Source: an uncultured Candidatus Saccharimonas sp. (GTDB taxonomy: Bacteria > Patescibacteriota > Saccharimonadia > Saccharimonadales > Saccharimonadaceae). From it: DNA of 64,000 nt. How positions within the stretch are numbered: the stretch's first letter is position 1; the number at the start of each line of letters is the position of its first letter. The stretch is taken from assembly GCA_963518805.1 (NCBI GenBank), contig CAUQKG010000001.1, forward strand, positions 133,968-197,967, in the 5' to 3' direction. Under the pieces are notes generated by a model. It saw only the letters and a list, made by a program, of their open reading frames with translations, was not told where the DNA came from and did not search any database. Positions 56,004 through 64,000 of this stretch are shown one piece after another. The position numbers were made by a program, and so were the translations under genes.

Positions 56004-56773
56004 TATTTGCCCCCTTCTATACGCTGAATAATCTCTTTCGAAACTGCTTTATAAGCACGAGCGCCCTTGCTGAATCTATCATAAACACCAATCGGAACAC
56101 CATGACTTGGAGCTTCTGCGAGACGAATATTCCGCGGAATTGCATTCGAAAAAATCTTATCTGGAAAGAATTTTTTAATTTCTTCGAGAACTTGCCCACC
56201 TAAAGTTGTGCGAGAATCCACCATTGTTGGTAGAACTCCAAGGAGCTCGAGGTTTGGATTCATCCCCTTTTTTACAAGTTTCATGCTTTCAAGAAGCTGG
56301 CCAAGGCCTTCCATCGCGTAAAATTCAGCCTGAACTGGTAGGATTAAATAATCACTCGCAATAAAACCATTCACAGTCAATAAACTCAAACTTGGTGGAG
56401 AATCCAAAATAACATAGTCAAAATCGGCTTCAACAGTTTTTAAAGCATCTTTCAATCGAGTAAATCGACCTTTCGCTGACGCAAGCTCAACTTCGGCATT
56501 AGCTAAAATCGGCGTGCTTGGTGCAATTTTTAATTTCGAAAATTCTGTTTCAATAATAATTTCACCTAATTGTTTTTCGCCAGAAACTACATCCGCCATA
56601 GTAAAATCAAGATTATTTTTATCAATACCAAGACCGCTAGTTGCATTTCCTTGTGGGTCAAAATCAACAAGAAGTGTTCGAAAACCTCGCTTTGCAATAA
56701 AATAAGCAATATTTATAGCGCTGGTTGTTTTACCAACCCCCCCTTTTTGATTGGTTATCGAAATCACCTTCAT
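56003..56773 (-). CDS. parA: Chromosome partitioning ATPase ParA/Soj
   Basis: NQKGGVGKTT, D.DPQGNAT, D.PPSL, IPRN.RLAEAPS.G. Confidence 0.96.
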   Translation of the reverse strand: MKVISITNQKGGVGKTTSAINIAYFIAKRGFRTLLVDFDPQGNATSGLGIDKNNLDFTMADVVSGEKQLGEIIIETEFSKLKIAPSTPILANAEVELASAKGRFTRLKDALKTVEADFDYVILDSPPSLSLLTVNGFIASDYLILPVQAEFYAMEGLGQLLESMKLVKKGMNPNLELLGVLPTMVDSRTTLGGQVLEEIKKFFPDKIFSNAIPRNIRLAEAPSHGVPIGVYDRFSKGARAYKAVSKEIIQRIEGGK

Positions 56774-56883
56774 AATGTTCATATTATATCACAAACCTTT
56801 AGCACTTTCAACTTTATTTTAATCTTGATTTTTGGAATTTTGTATGTTAAAATAATAAAGATATTAAATTTAATGAGGATTTT

Positions 56884-57192
56884 ATGAAAAAAGCAGTCAT
56901 AAAAGTTGGCGGTAAACAATTTATCGTTAGCGAAAAAGAGACCCTTCTGGTGGACCTCCTCCCGCAAGGAACAAAAGAGCTCGAACTTGATGCTTTGATG
57001 CTTATTAATGGCGACAAAGTGGAAGTTGGAACTCCTGTTGTGAAAGGCGTGAAAGTTTCCGCTAAAGTTGTTGACGAACTTGTTAAGGGCGAAAAAATCC
57101 GTGTGATCCGTTACAAGGCTAAAAAACGAGTTCACAAAGAAAACGGACATCGTCAAAAATACACTAAAATTGAAATTGCTTCAATTAAATAA
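56884..57192 (+). CDS. rplU: 50S ribosomal protein bL21
   Basis: AVI..GGKQF.V, VG.P, GHRQ.YT. Confidence 0.97.
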   Translation: MKKAVIKVGGKQFIVSEKETLLVDLLPQGTKELELDALMLINGDKVEVGTPVVKGVKVSAKVVDELVKGEKIRVIRYKAKKRVHKENGHRQKYTKIEIASIK

Positions 57193-57214
57193 TTAAAAGG
57201 CGGCCAGCCATTCA

Positions 57215-57248
57215 AAAAACTAGCTCTCTACTCAAGGGCTAGTTTTTT
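57215..57248. terminator. Terminator after rplU
   Basis: AAAAAACTAGCT...GGCTAGTTTTTT. Confidence 0.7.
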
Positions 57249-57416
57249 ATTTTTCATTCATAGATTTAACTATATATATTTTAGGGTTGGCATATTCGAC
57301 AAAAAGCTTAATATTTAAATTGTGCGACATAATCATTTTACTAACTTTTTAAAGTAAGTCCAGTAAAGCCGAAAAAAATAAACCCCGCTTATACGAGGTT
57401 TATTCAGTTTTCGAAA

Positions 57417-58853
57417 CTATTTTTTCTCTACTTTTTCAGATTTTTTAGCTTCATGAGTTTTTGTCGCTTCAGATTTAACAACATCATTTGCTTTTTTCGT
57501 AAATTCAGCAGTTGCTTTTTTCATTTCTTCACGACTTCGGTACCAGTAGGCTACGGCACCAGTAATCGCCATAATCGCAATCACCATCATTGCAGCCTCA
57601 GCAGGACCAGTATGTGGTAGTTCACTTGGAACTTCAGCACATTTCGGATCATTAGCTGCAAGATTTTCAAGACCCGTAATTTTACATTTATCGTTACAAT
57701 TTGGGTCATTCTTCTTTAAGTTTCCTTTTCCAGGAATTTCACAAAATTCTTTGCGTTCTTGCGGTGTACAATTTTTTTGCACAGTTATAGTTGCTTTATC
57801 AGACTTTCCGCCGTTTTCAGTTAAAACTTGAGCCGTATTTGTGATTGTATTGTTTCCACAAATTAATTTCGAAGCATCAATTTTTGCACGGAAGGTTATC
57901 GTTGCAGAACCACCAAACGAGTAATTTCCGATATTAACTCCAGATTTCACAATATTATCACTCAAGATTTTACCAGCAGCATCTGATGGAGTTGTAATTC
58001 GAGTTGTTCCAGGAATAAGAACTAATCCAGCAGGAAGTAAATCTTTAATATTTACATTATTTTGTGAAATTGTTCCAGTGTTCTTATAAGTGATTTTAAA
58101 TTCAACTTCATCATTTAAACCAATATTTTGATTTTTTGCAAAATTATTTACACCAGCTTTCGAAACTGTTTTAGTTGTTTCGAAATCTGCATAATCTGCT
58201 TTGAATCGATAAGTTATAACACCTGAATATTGGTCACATCCAGGGAGTATTCCATTTAAGCTATCATAACCAAGGTTTGTGCCAGAACCGAATAGATTTC
58301 CTCCATTCAAGATTTGACCATTTGCTGCACCTTTTGTTGTAATTTTAGCTGAGCCTTGAATATATCTCAAAGCAACATCTCGCGAAGGAGAACGCAAAAC
58401 AGCTTGGTCCCAAACTTTCTGTGGTCGGGCGTTTCGAGCGGTAATTTCTGCCCGCACAAGACCCTCTTTACCTTTCGCAATAGCTGAAGGAACAATTGTA
58501 TTAAGTTTTGCACCTAAAGCAATTCCACGATAGCTATTCTCTTTTGAATTTAAAGAGCTTTTTGCATTATTGTGATAATAGATATAAACTTCGTATTCTC
58601 GACCAGGTACAATATCAATACTATCAACAAAATTTCCCACGCCAGCTTGACGAACTCGAACAAAATTTCGTTCATCCCCAACGGTTGGATTATTTGTAAT
58701 AGAGTTAAATGTTACATAGTCGGCAGGGTTTTCGGCAGTGAAGGTTTTCCTTTCTGGACCATAAGCGAAAGCACTTCCGCCTAAAGCTACCGCCCCGATG
58801 AGGGCTGCGAATGCCGCAACCCCCAAAGTTTGTAATTTATTTTTTACTAACAT
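57417..58853 (-). CDS. DUF11-type Ig-like surface protein with LPHTG sorting-like motif
   Basis: Signal peptide ending AFA; YKNTG...N..I.D.LP.GL..IPG; ELPHTG, then TM and a charged tail. Confidence 0.82.
   Translation of the reverse strand: MLVKNKLQTLGVAAFAALIGAVALGGSAFAYGPERKTFTAENPADYVTFNSITNNPTVGDERNFVRVRQAGVGNFVDSIDIVPGREYEVYIYYHNNAKSSLNSKENSYRGIALGAKLNTIVPSAIAKGKEGLVRAEITARNARPQKVWDQAVLRSPSRDVALRYIQGSAKITTKGAANGQILNGGNLFGSGTNLGYDSLNGILPGCDQYSGVITYRFKADYADFETTKTVSKAGVNNFAKNQNIGLNDEVEFKITYKNTGTISQNNVNIKDLLPAGLVLIPGTTRITTPSDAAGKILSDNIVKSGVNIGNYSFGGSATITFRAKIDASKLICGNNTITNTAQVLTENGGKSDKATITVQKNCTPQERKEFCEIPGKGNLKKNDPNCNDKCKITGLENLAANDPKCAEVPSELPHTGPAEAAMMVIAIMAITGAVAYWYRSREEMKKATAEFTKKANDVVKSEATKTHEAKKSEKVEKK
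57639..57743 (-). repeat. Two tandem Cys-bounded peptide repeats
   Basis: CEIPGKGNLKKNDPNC / CKITGLENLAANDPKC. Confidence 0.7.
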
Positions 58854-58870
58854 TTCTTACCTTTTTTATT

Positions 58871-61132
58871 TTATTGTTGTGTATTATTTTGATTTGTAGC
58901 AGCTGAAGAGCCATATGTTTGGTTATAATTTTGTTGAGCTGCCCAAACATCGTTATAATTCACAGTTTCACCACCAATATTTACAGTTTTGTTCTGTGCT
59001 TGTTCAGCCTCGCGAGCCTTAGCTTCAGCTTCAGCCTGTGCTTGTCTAGCTTGTTCCGCAGCTTGCGCTTGAGCTTCTGCAGTAGTCTCACCAGTATATT
59101 CAGCTGGTTGTTCACCTATTTTTGAGACATCTATAGATTCATCAACACCTTCAGCTTTTATTCTATCAGTTGCTGCTCCAGGAGTAACTTCAGGATTTAT
59201 ATTATTGTTTCTTTCCTCTTGAGAAGCTTCACCTATTAATTCACCTTTATCCATTCTAGTAACCGCATTATCTATATTATAGATAGACTGATCAGTCTTA
59301 AATTTAGTATTATCATGTTCTTCGGGTGGAGTTTCTGGAGTTGGAGGTGTATCTGGTGTAGTAGGAGGCGTTTCAGGTGGGGTTTCTGGTGTAGGTGCCG
59401 GTGGTTTTTCAGTATCTGGAGCTGGTGGGGTATAAGCTTCTTCGAATGGAATTACTGGAGTTGTCCAAGTGTTTGGAACTTCAGCAATCTTCTTCATAAC
59501 CATTTGCTTACACTGGTCACGAATCAAAATTTGTTGCCCATTCTTCAATTCAACTACGCGAGCTGTTCCGCCAAACGCACCTTCAGCATGAGCATAATCT
59601 TTATTAGAATTCACAAATAGCGAGTAATAATCACCATCCAAAGTTTGATTTCCAACAACTTTAGCGCCTTCCATATATTTCGAATATGCATCATTCAATT
59701 TTTGAAAAGCCGTTTGATCGCCATTTCGAGCAGCATCAACCAAATCATCAACTTCATTATTCGAAATTCCAAGTAGGTTCCGAGCAGATTCAGGATCGTT
59801 CACGAAGAATTGCCCCATATATTCAATATCATCTTCGTTATGCGATTCAATCATTTTCTTTTGATATTCTTCATTCGAAAGTTTTGAGGTATCCGTTCCG
59901 ATAGAATATTTACTCTCTTTTTGATCGATCTTATTATAATCATCATTCTCAGAGTCATATTTACCATTATTAAAGTTCTTTTCACTCTCAATCACAGAAC
60001 CATCACTATTGAAGTTTGCAGCTCCATTTAGGCTATTTGCATGAACAGTGCCGGAAAAAGTTTGTTCAGTTTGAGGAGAGTTATCACTCGACTTAAAACC
60101 TTCAGAAGCCTGCCTTCCAACTCCGAAAATCGTCATACCAAGTATTCCCAGTGCAGTCCATTTCATAACTTTACTTCCAATGAACTTTTTAATTCTCTGG
60201 AACCTACCTGCTTTTGCCTCAATATTTAAATCATTATCAATTGAAGAATTAGCTTTATTAAGTGCTCGCTCTTGGTTGCCAACTGCAAGGCTAGTTTCTA
60301 GCATTCGTTCAAGCATTGCTTCATTCTCAGGAGTTAATTCATTTTTTTGAATTAACTCTGAACGAACTTGTCGGCGAAATCGCGTTAATTCTTCAGCGCT
60401 AGCACCTTTCGAAGATAATTCATAAAATTTCTTTTCATCGTCTGAAAGTTCAATCACTTCCGATTTTTGCTTTTCCGCATCATCACCATTATTTAACGCT
60501 TCGTTTTTTGCGCCATCATCTGGATTCGATTTTTTAGCATCAGGCTCTGCCATTGCATTTTCCCAAATTGTATCAAGAACCTTTTGTCGATATTCTGGTT
60601 TTTTCGAATATTCCCAGATAAATCTATCTTCAAGCTTATTTTTTAAACCGTCAAAATTTACACCATTTTTTGAAAAATCATTAGAAGCCTCAATCAATTG
60701 CTGACGATATTTATTTTTAGCTTCTTCACTTTCCGCATTTTGAATCATTTTAGCCAACGAATTCATTCTTTGAATTTCTGAACTCGCTCCTACAGCTTGA
60801 TCCATTTCTTCTTTTGAAAGAGTAGAAATTTCATAAGGTTGTTCGCTTTCAACTCGATTTTCACTATTTTCCATTTGGCGGTAGTGTTCGTCGCGCTCCA
60901 TCATTTCATCAAAAGCAACTTTATCACCTTTATGAATTGCATCGCGAACAGATTTATCGAATTTTTTTGCACCTTTCTTCAATTCTTCTTCGCGCTTCTT
61001 AAAAGCATCAGCCTCGGCTTTTGCTTCTTGTTTTTGGTTAAGTTCTTCACGAAGACTATCCCAAGAACCATAAGCGTCTTCGAAAGACTTGCTTGCGTCT
61101 GCCGCAGAATTAAAATTTTCCCCGTTTTTCAT
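58871..61132 (-). CDS. Large bitopic hypothetical protein (charged N-half, central TM, Pro-rich linker)
   Basis: TM WTALGILGMTIFGV near residue 330; PPAPTPETPPETPPTTPDTPPTPETPP. Confidence 0.8.
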   Translation of the reverse strand: MKNGENFNSAADASKSFEDAYGSWDSLREELNQKQEAKAEADAFKKREEELKKGAKKFDKSVRDAIHKGDKVAFDEMMERDEHYRQMENSENRVESEQPYEISTLSKEEMDQAVGASSEIQRMNSLAKMIQNAESEEAKNKYRQQLIEASNDFSKNGVNFDGLKNKLEDRFIWEYSKKPEYRQKVLDTIWENAMAEPDAKKSNPDDGAKNEALNNGDDAEKQKSEVIELSDDEKKFYELSSKGASAEELTRFRRQVRSELIQKNELTPENEAMLERMLETSLAVGNQERALNKANSSIDNDLNIEAKAGRFQRIKKFIGSKVMKWTALGILGMTIFGVGRQASEGFKSSDNSPQTEQTFSGTVHANSLNGAANFNSDGSVIESEKNFNNGKYDSENDDYNKIDQKESKYSIGTDTSKLSNEEYQKKMIESHNEDDIEYMGQFFVNDPESARNLLGISNNEVDDLVDAARNGDQTAFQKLNDAYSKYMEGAKVVGNQTLDGDYYSLFVNSNKDYAHAEGAFGGTARVVELKNGQQILIRDQCKQMVMKKIAEVPNTWTTPVIPFEEAYTPPAPDTEKPPAPTPETPPETPPTTPDTPPTPETPPEEHDNTKFKTDQSIYNIDNAVTRMDKGELIGEASQEERNNNINPEVTPGAATDRIKAEGVDESIDVSKIGEQPAEYTGETTAEAQAQAAEQARQAQAEAEAKAREAEQAQNKTVNIGGETVNYNDVWAAQQNYNQTYGSSAATNQNNTQQ
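59318..59431 (-). repeat. Pro/Thr/Glu low-complexity coding repeat (PETPP units)
   Basis: Degenerate tandem GGTG/GGAG..TCTGG units. Confidence 0.7.
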
Positions 61133-61253
61133 TTCTGTCCTTGTTTATTTTTAATTTATTTTACTCCCGTATTTTACCACAAGCGTAATAAAAAGTCAAC
61201 ACTTTTTTAAAAAATAAAATCGATATTTCTATTGATTTTATTTTTTCTAGATA

Positions 61254-61730
61254 TTAAGCTGCAATTTTTCCAGAAATTGCTCGGATAATGTTTAAAACAC
61301 GTTTCCCCGTTGGAACTTCTCGGCGAACAGATTTCATTGTGCGAATTTCTTGACCAAGTTGCTTTTGCGTTTTAAATTGTTTTTCCCGCAAGCTGAATTC
61401 GTTTTCACGGCCTTTATAAGTTTCAAAATTTGCATTATAATCTTCGAAATGCGTAATATGCATATTTCGAATTTCATCTTCATGCAAGAAAAAACTACTA
61501 TTTTCGCGGTCAGCACTCCGTTCAGTTCGTGCATAAATATCATCCAAATCTTCAAGAGCTTCTTTTTTTGAACTCTCTCGAGATTCTTCAATTTCTGTTT
61601 GCTGTTCTGCACTTAAACTTTCGGGAGAGTCAAATTTAAAATCTTGAAATTCTCCAGAATTATTCTCTTGCTCAAGAGATTTTTTATCTTGCTCGTTCGT
61701 GCTGTAATCGTTTATCTTAAATTTTTCCAT
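61254..61730 (-). CDS. Hypothetical 158-aa charged protein
   Basis: Own promoter TTGACA-17-TATAAT (~61783-61811) and AAAGG RBS. Confidence 0.7.
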   Translation of the reverse strand: MEKFKINDYSTNEQDKKSLEQENNSGEFQDFKFDSPESLSAEQQTEIEESRESSKKEALEDLDDIYARTERSADRENSSFFLHEDEIRNMHITHFEDYNANFETYKGRENEFSLREKQFKTQKQLGQEIRTMKSVRREVPTGKRVLNIIRAISGKIAA

Positions 61731-61766
61731 TTTTGCCTTTTGATTTTTTATGTTTTTGTTTAAAAA

Positions 61767-61800
61767 AATAACTTATGCTTGTATTATAGCATAAGTTATT
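61767..61800. promoter_or_regulatory. Perfect 13-bp inverted repeat straddling the -10 box (operator-like)
   Basis: AATAACTTATGCT-tgtattat-AGCATAAGTTATT. Confidence 0.6.
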
Positions 61801-61819
61801 TTAATTGTCAATATTTTGG

Positions 61820-64000
61820 TTAAGCTTTTTTAAGTGAAATTTTTACTTCTGAACCTTCAACTTTTACAATCTGAATAAAATCAAGTTCATTTTCTGAAAT
61901 TTCAGCCTTTGTGGCCAAAACTTCTTTCGAAATTTCTTGTTCAAATTTCTTGAATGCGTCAAGAACTTCAGTATTTTCAGATGTAAACTTAAGTTCAATT
62001 CTATCATCAACGTTTAGACCAGCTTTTTTGCGCGCGGCCTGAATGTGGCGAATAATCTCACGCATCAAGCCTTCTGCACGAAGCTCAGGAGTTAATTCAA
62101 AATTAAATTCAACACCCTCACCACCAAACTCAACACTTTTAACATTTAACTCTTCCATTAAAATTGGCACGAAATCAAAAGATTTTGCATTTTGCGGAAC
62201 TTTTACGCTAGCTAGTGGCTGACGAATTTTTACGCCATTTTTCGCTCGAAGCGCAAGAGCTTCATTCACGTAGCCACGAACTTCAGCCATTTCAGCAAGT
62301 AAGTTCTCATCAATCTCACCAGCTCCTGGCCAATCTTTCAAATGAACTGAGCCATCACCAACCATTTTACCCCAAAGTTCTTCTGCTAAGAAAGGTACGA
62401 ATGGCGCAAGAATCAACGCAAGATAGCTCAAAACATAGTGGAGTGTTTGATAGGCCTGAAGTTTATCAGCGCCGTTTTCACTCTTCCAGAAACGACGTCG
62501 TGAACGGCGTACAAACCAGTTTGAAGCATCATCGAGGAACAGCAAAACACCTTCAAGAGCGCGTGGAATATTATAAACGTTCATATTTTCAGTAATTTCG
62601 TTTCGAAGCTCATGAACACGGCTCACAATCCATTTATCAAGCGGATTTTCAAGATTTTTCGAAGGGTCTTTGAGCTCGCCATTAAATTCCCAACCATCGA
62701 CACTGGCATACATCGTGAAGAAATCATACATATTCCAAATCATCGAAAGTTTGCGTGCAACATCCGAAACATCTTTGTCGTGAAGTGCAAAATCTTCACC
62801 ATTCAAAAGTGGGCTCGTTAGCAACAAAAATCGCAAACTATCAGCTGAATATTGATCCATTAGCTCGTTCGGGTCTGTGTAATTACCAAGCGATTTACTC
62901 ATTTTTCGGCCGTCATTTCCTGCAACAACACCAGTTGTAATCACGTTTTTGAAGGCATTTTTGCCAAACAAAGCAGTGTTTACGGCATGAACATAATAGA
63001 ACCACGCACGAACCTGGCCAATGTATTCAACAATAAAATCACCCGGGAAATTCTTTTCGAACTTCTCTTTATTTTCGAAAGGATAATGGAACTGGGCAAA
63101 TGGCATTGAACCACTTTCGAACCAACAGTCAAGCACTTTATCAATTCGAGTGTATTTTTCGCCATCAATTTCAAAAGTGATGTCATCAACCCAAGGTCGG
63201 TGATAATCTTCAAGCTCTACGCCGCTCAACTCTTTAAGTTCAGCATAAGAACCAACCACGCGAATCTTGCCGCTTTCAGACTTCCAAACTGGCATTGCAG
63301 TCGCCCAAAAACGATCGCGCGATAAATTCCAATCTGGTGCGGCTTCAAGATTTTTTTCAAAACGGCCGTGCTTCAAATGCGCTGGGAACCAATTGATATT
63401 TTCATTTTGCTCAAGCATTAATTCTTTTTGTCCTTGAATATCAAAGAACCAGCTTGGGTGTGCACGATACATTAAACGCTGACCAGTTCGTGGATTGTGC
63501 GGATACTCGTGACGAATGTAATCGATTCTCCAAACCACGCCACGCTCTTTTAAAATTTTGGCTAGCGGTTTGTTAAATTCCCAAACATCTTTTCCGGCAA
63601 ATTCACCGTTCAAATATTTACCAAATTCATCCAAAACGTGAAAAACTGGAATTCCATATTTTTTACCAAAGTTGAAGTCTTCTTCACCATATGCTGGCGC
63701 CGAATGAACAATTCCTGTTCCGCTTTCAAGAGAAACATAATCTGCACCCCAAACTTTATAAGCATTCTCTTCACCTTCACCAGAATATTTCGAATCTTCA
63801 AAAAGTGGCTCATAACTCAAACCAATCAGTTCTGTACCGTCGATCAAATTTACAATTTCAAAAGGAATTGGTTGCTTTTTCTCATCAACAAAAACTTTTT
63901 CGAGCAAGTCTTTTGCTAGAATAAAGAATTCATCGCCAACTTTTACTTTTGCGTAGGTAATTTCAGGATTCACAAACAAGCCCATATTGGCCGGCAAAGT
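61820..64000 (-). CDS. ileS: Isoleucine--tRNA ligase, type 2; N-terminus outside the window
   Basis: GTGIVH.AP.YGE.D, DWNLSR.RFW, DCWFESGSMP, KMSKSLGN; type-2 C-terminus ELRAEG..REIIR.IQ..RK.AGL.V.DRI. Confidence 0.96.
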   Translation of the reverse strand, partial: TLPANMGLFVNPEITYAKVKVGDEFFILAKDLLEKVFVDEKKQPIPFEIVNLIDGTELIGLSYEPLFEDSKYSGEGEENAYKVWGADYVSLESGTGIVHSAPAYGEEDFNFGKKYGIPVFHVLDEFGKYLNGEFAGKDVWEFNKPLAKILKERGVVWRIDYIRHEYPHNPRTGQRLMYRAHPSWFFDIQGQKELMLEQNENINWFPAHLKHGRFEKNLEAAPDWNLSRDRFWATAMPVWKSESGKIRVVGSYAELKELSGVELEDYHRPWVDDITFEIDGEKYTRIDKVLDCWFESGSMPFAQFHYPFENKEKFEKNFPGDFIVEYIGQVRAWFYYVHAVNTALFGKNAFKNVITTGVVAGNDGRKMSKSLGNYTDPNELMDQYSADSLRFLLLTSPLLNGEDFALHDKDVSDVARKLSMIWNMYDFFTMYASVDGWEFNGELKDPSKNLENPLDKWIVSRVHELRNEITENMNVYNIPRALEGVLLFLDDASNWFVRRSRRRFWKSENGADKLQAYQTLHYVLSYLALILAPFVPFLAEELWGKMVGDGSVHLKDWPGAGEIDENLLAEMAEVRGYVNEALALRAKNGVKIRQPLASVKVPQNAKSFDFVPILMEELNVKSVEFGGEGVEFNFELTPELRAEGLMREIIRHIQAARKKAGLNVDDRIELKFTSENTEVLDAFKKFEQEISKEVLATKAEISENELDFIQIVKVEGSEVKISLKKA

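Noticed and set aside
57320..57350. dif-like GTGCGACATAA near parAB
   Set aside because: No XerD arm at the right spacing.
55119..57416. parS site or oriC near parAB
   Set aside because: No TGTTTCACGTGAAACA-like palindrome and no DnaA-box cluster seen here.
1207..63924. Numerous 60-155-aa ORFs antisense to or nested in core genes (for example 14668-15135, 34101-34490, 62215-62595)
   Set aside because: Shadow ORFs of well-identified genes, with no RBS/promoter support or recognisable motifs.
1..64000. CRISPR array, IS element, prophage or integron integrase
   Set aside because: No regularly spaced repeats and no transposase, integrase or phage structural genes recognised; tRNA-Phe is not flanked by an att duplication.
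1..64000. Alternative genetic code (TGA=Gly, as in Gracilibacteria/Absconditabacteria)
   Set aside because: Core genes are full length under code 11 and TGA ends murD and the kinase at the expected positions.

Overview
AT-rich bacterial chromosome segment (genetic code 11; most genes on the minus strand). Gene content and protein families point to a Saccharibacteria (TM7, Patescibacteria/CPR) genome; this is an inference. The backbone is housekeeping: ftsI-ftsL-rsmH (no mraZ), rpmA, ctpA, a CHAP hydrolase with ftsEX, glyQS, recO, tRNA-Phe, prfB, mscL, murD, proS, greA, rseP, frr, xseAB, secA, hpf, serS, tsf, rpsB, rpmE2, ung, prfA, prmC, htrA, lepB, parAB, rplU and ileS. Accessory genes sit at junctions between these: APNTG/LPHTG-anchored adhesins, an orphan VirB6-like protein, self-contained promoter-gene-terminator orphans and an HhH-like protein. 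Most notable signals: (1) the palindrome TTCGAA is strongly iterated (14 copies hand-counted in the first 2.0 kb) in all three reading frames, yet is missing from the cores of several accessory genes; (2) the cell-division operon has lost mraZ and instead carries DnaA-box-like repeats, a ~310-nt structured leader and an unannotated 21-aa ORF followed by two hairpins; (3) a Kiwa KwaB-like gene is coupled to a Pif1 helicase with no kwaA; (4) three surface proteins share an APNTG sorting signal; (5) many core genes look leaderless. No CRISPR array, rRNA, integrase or transposase was seen.
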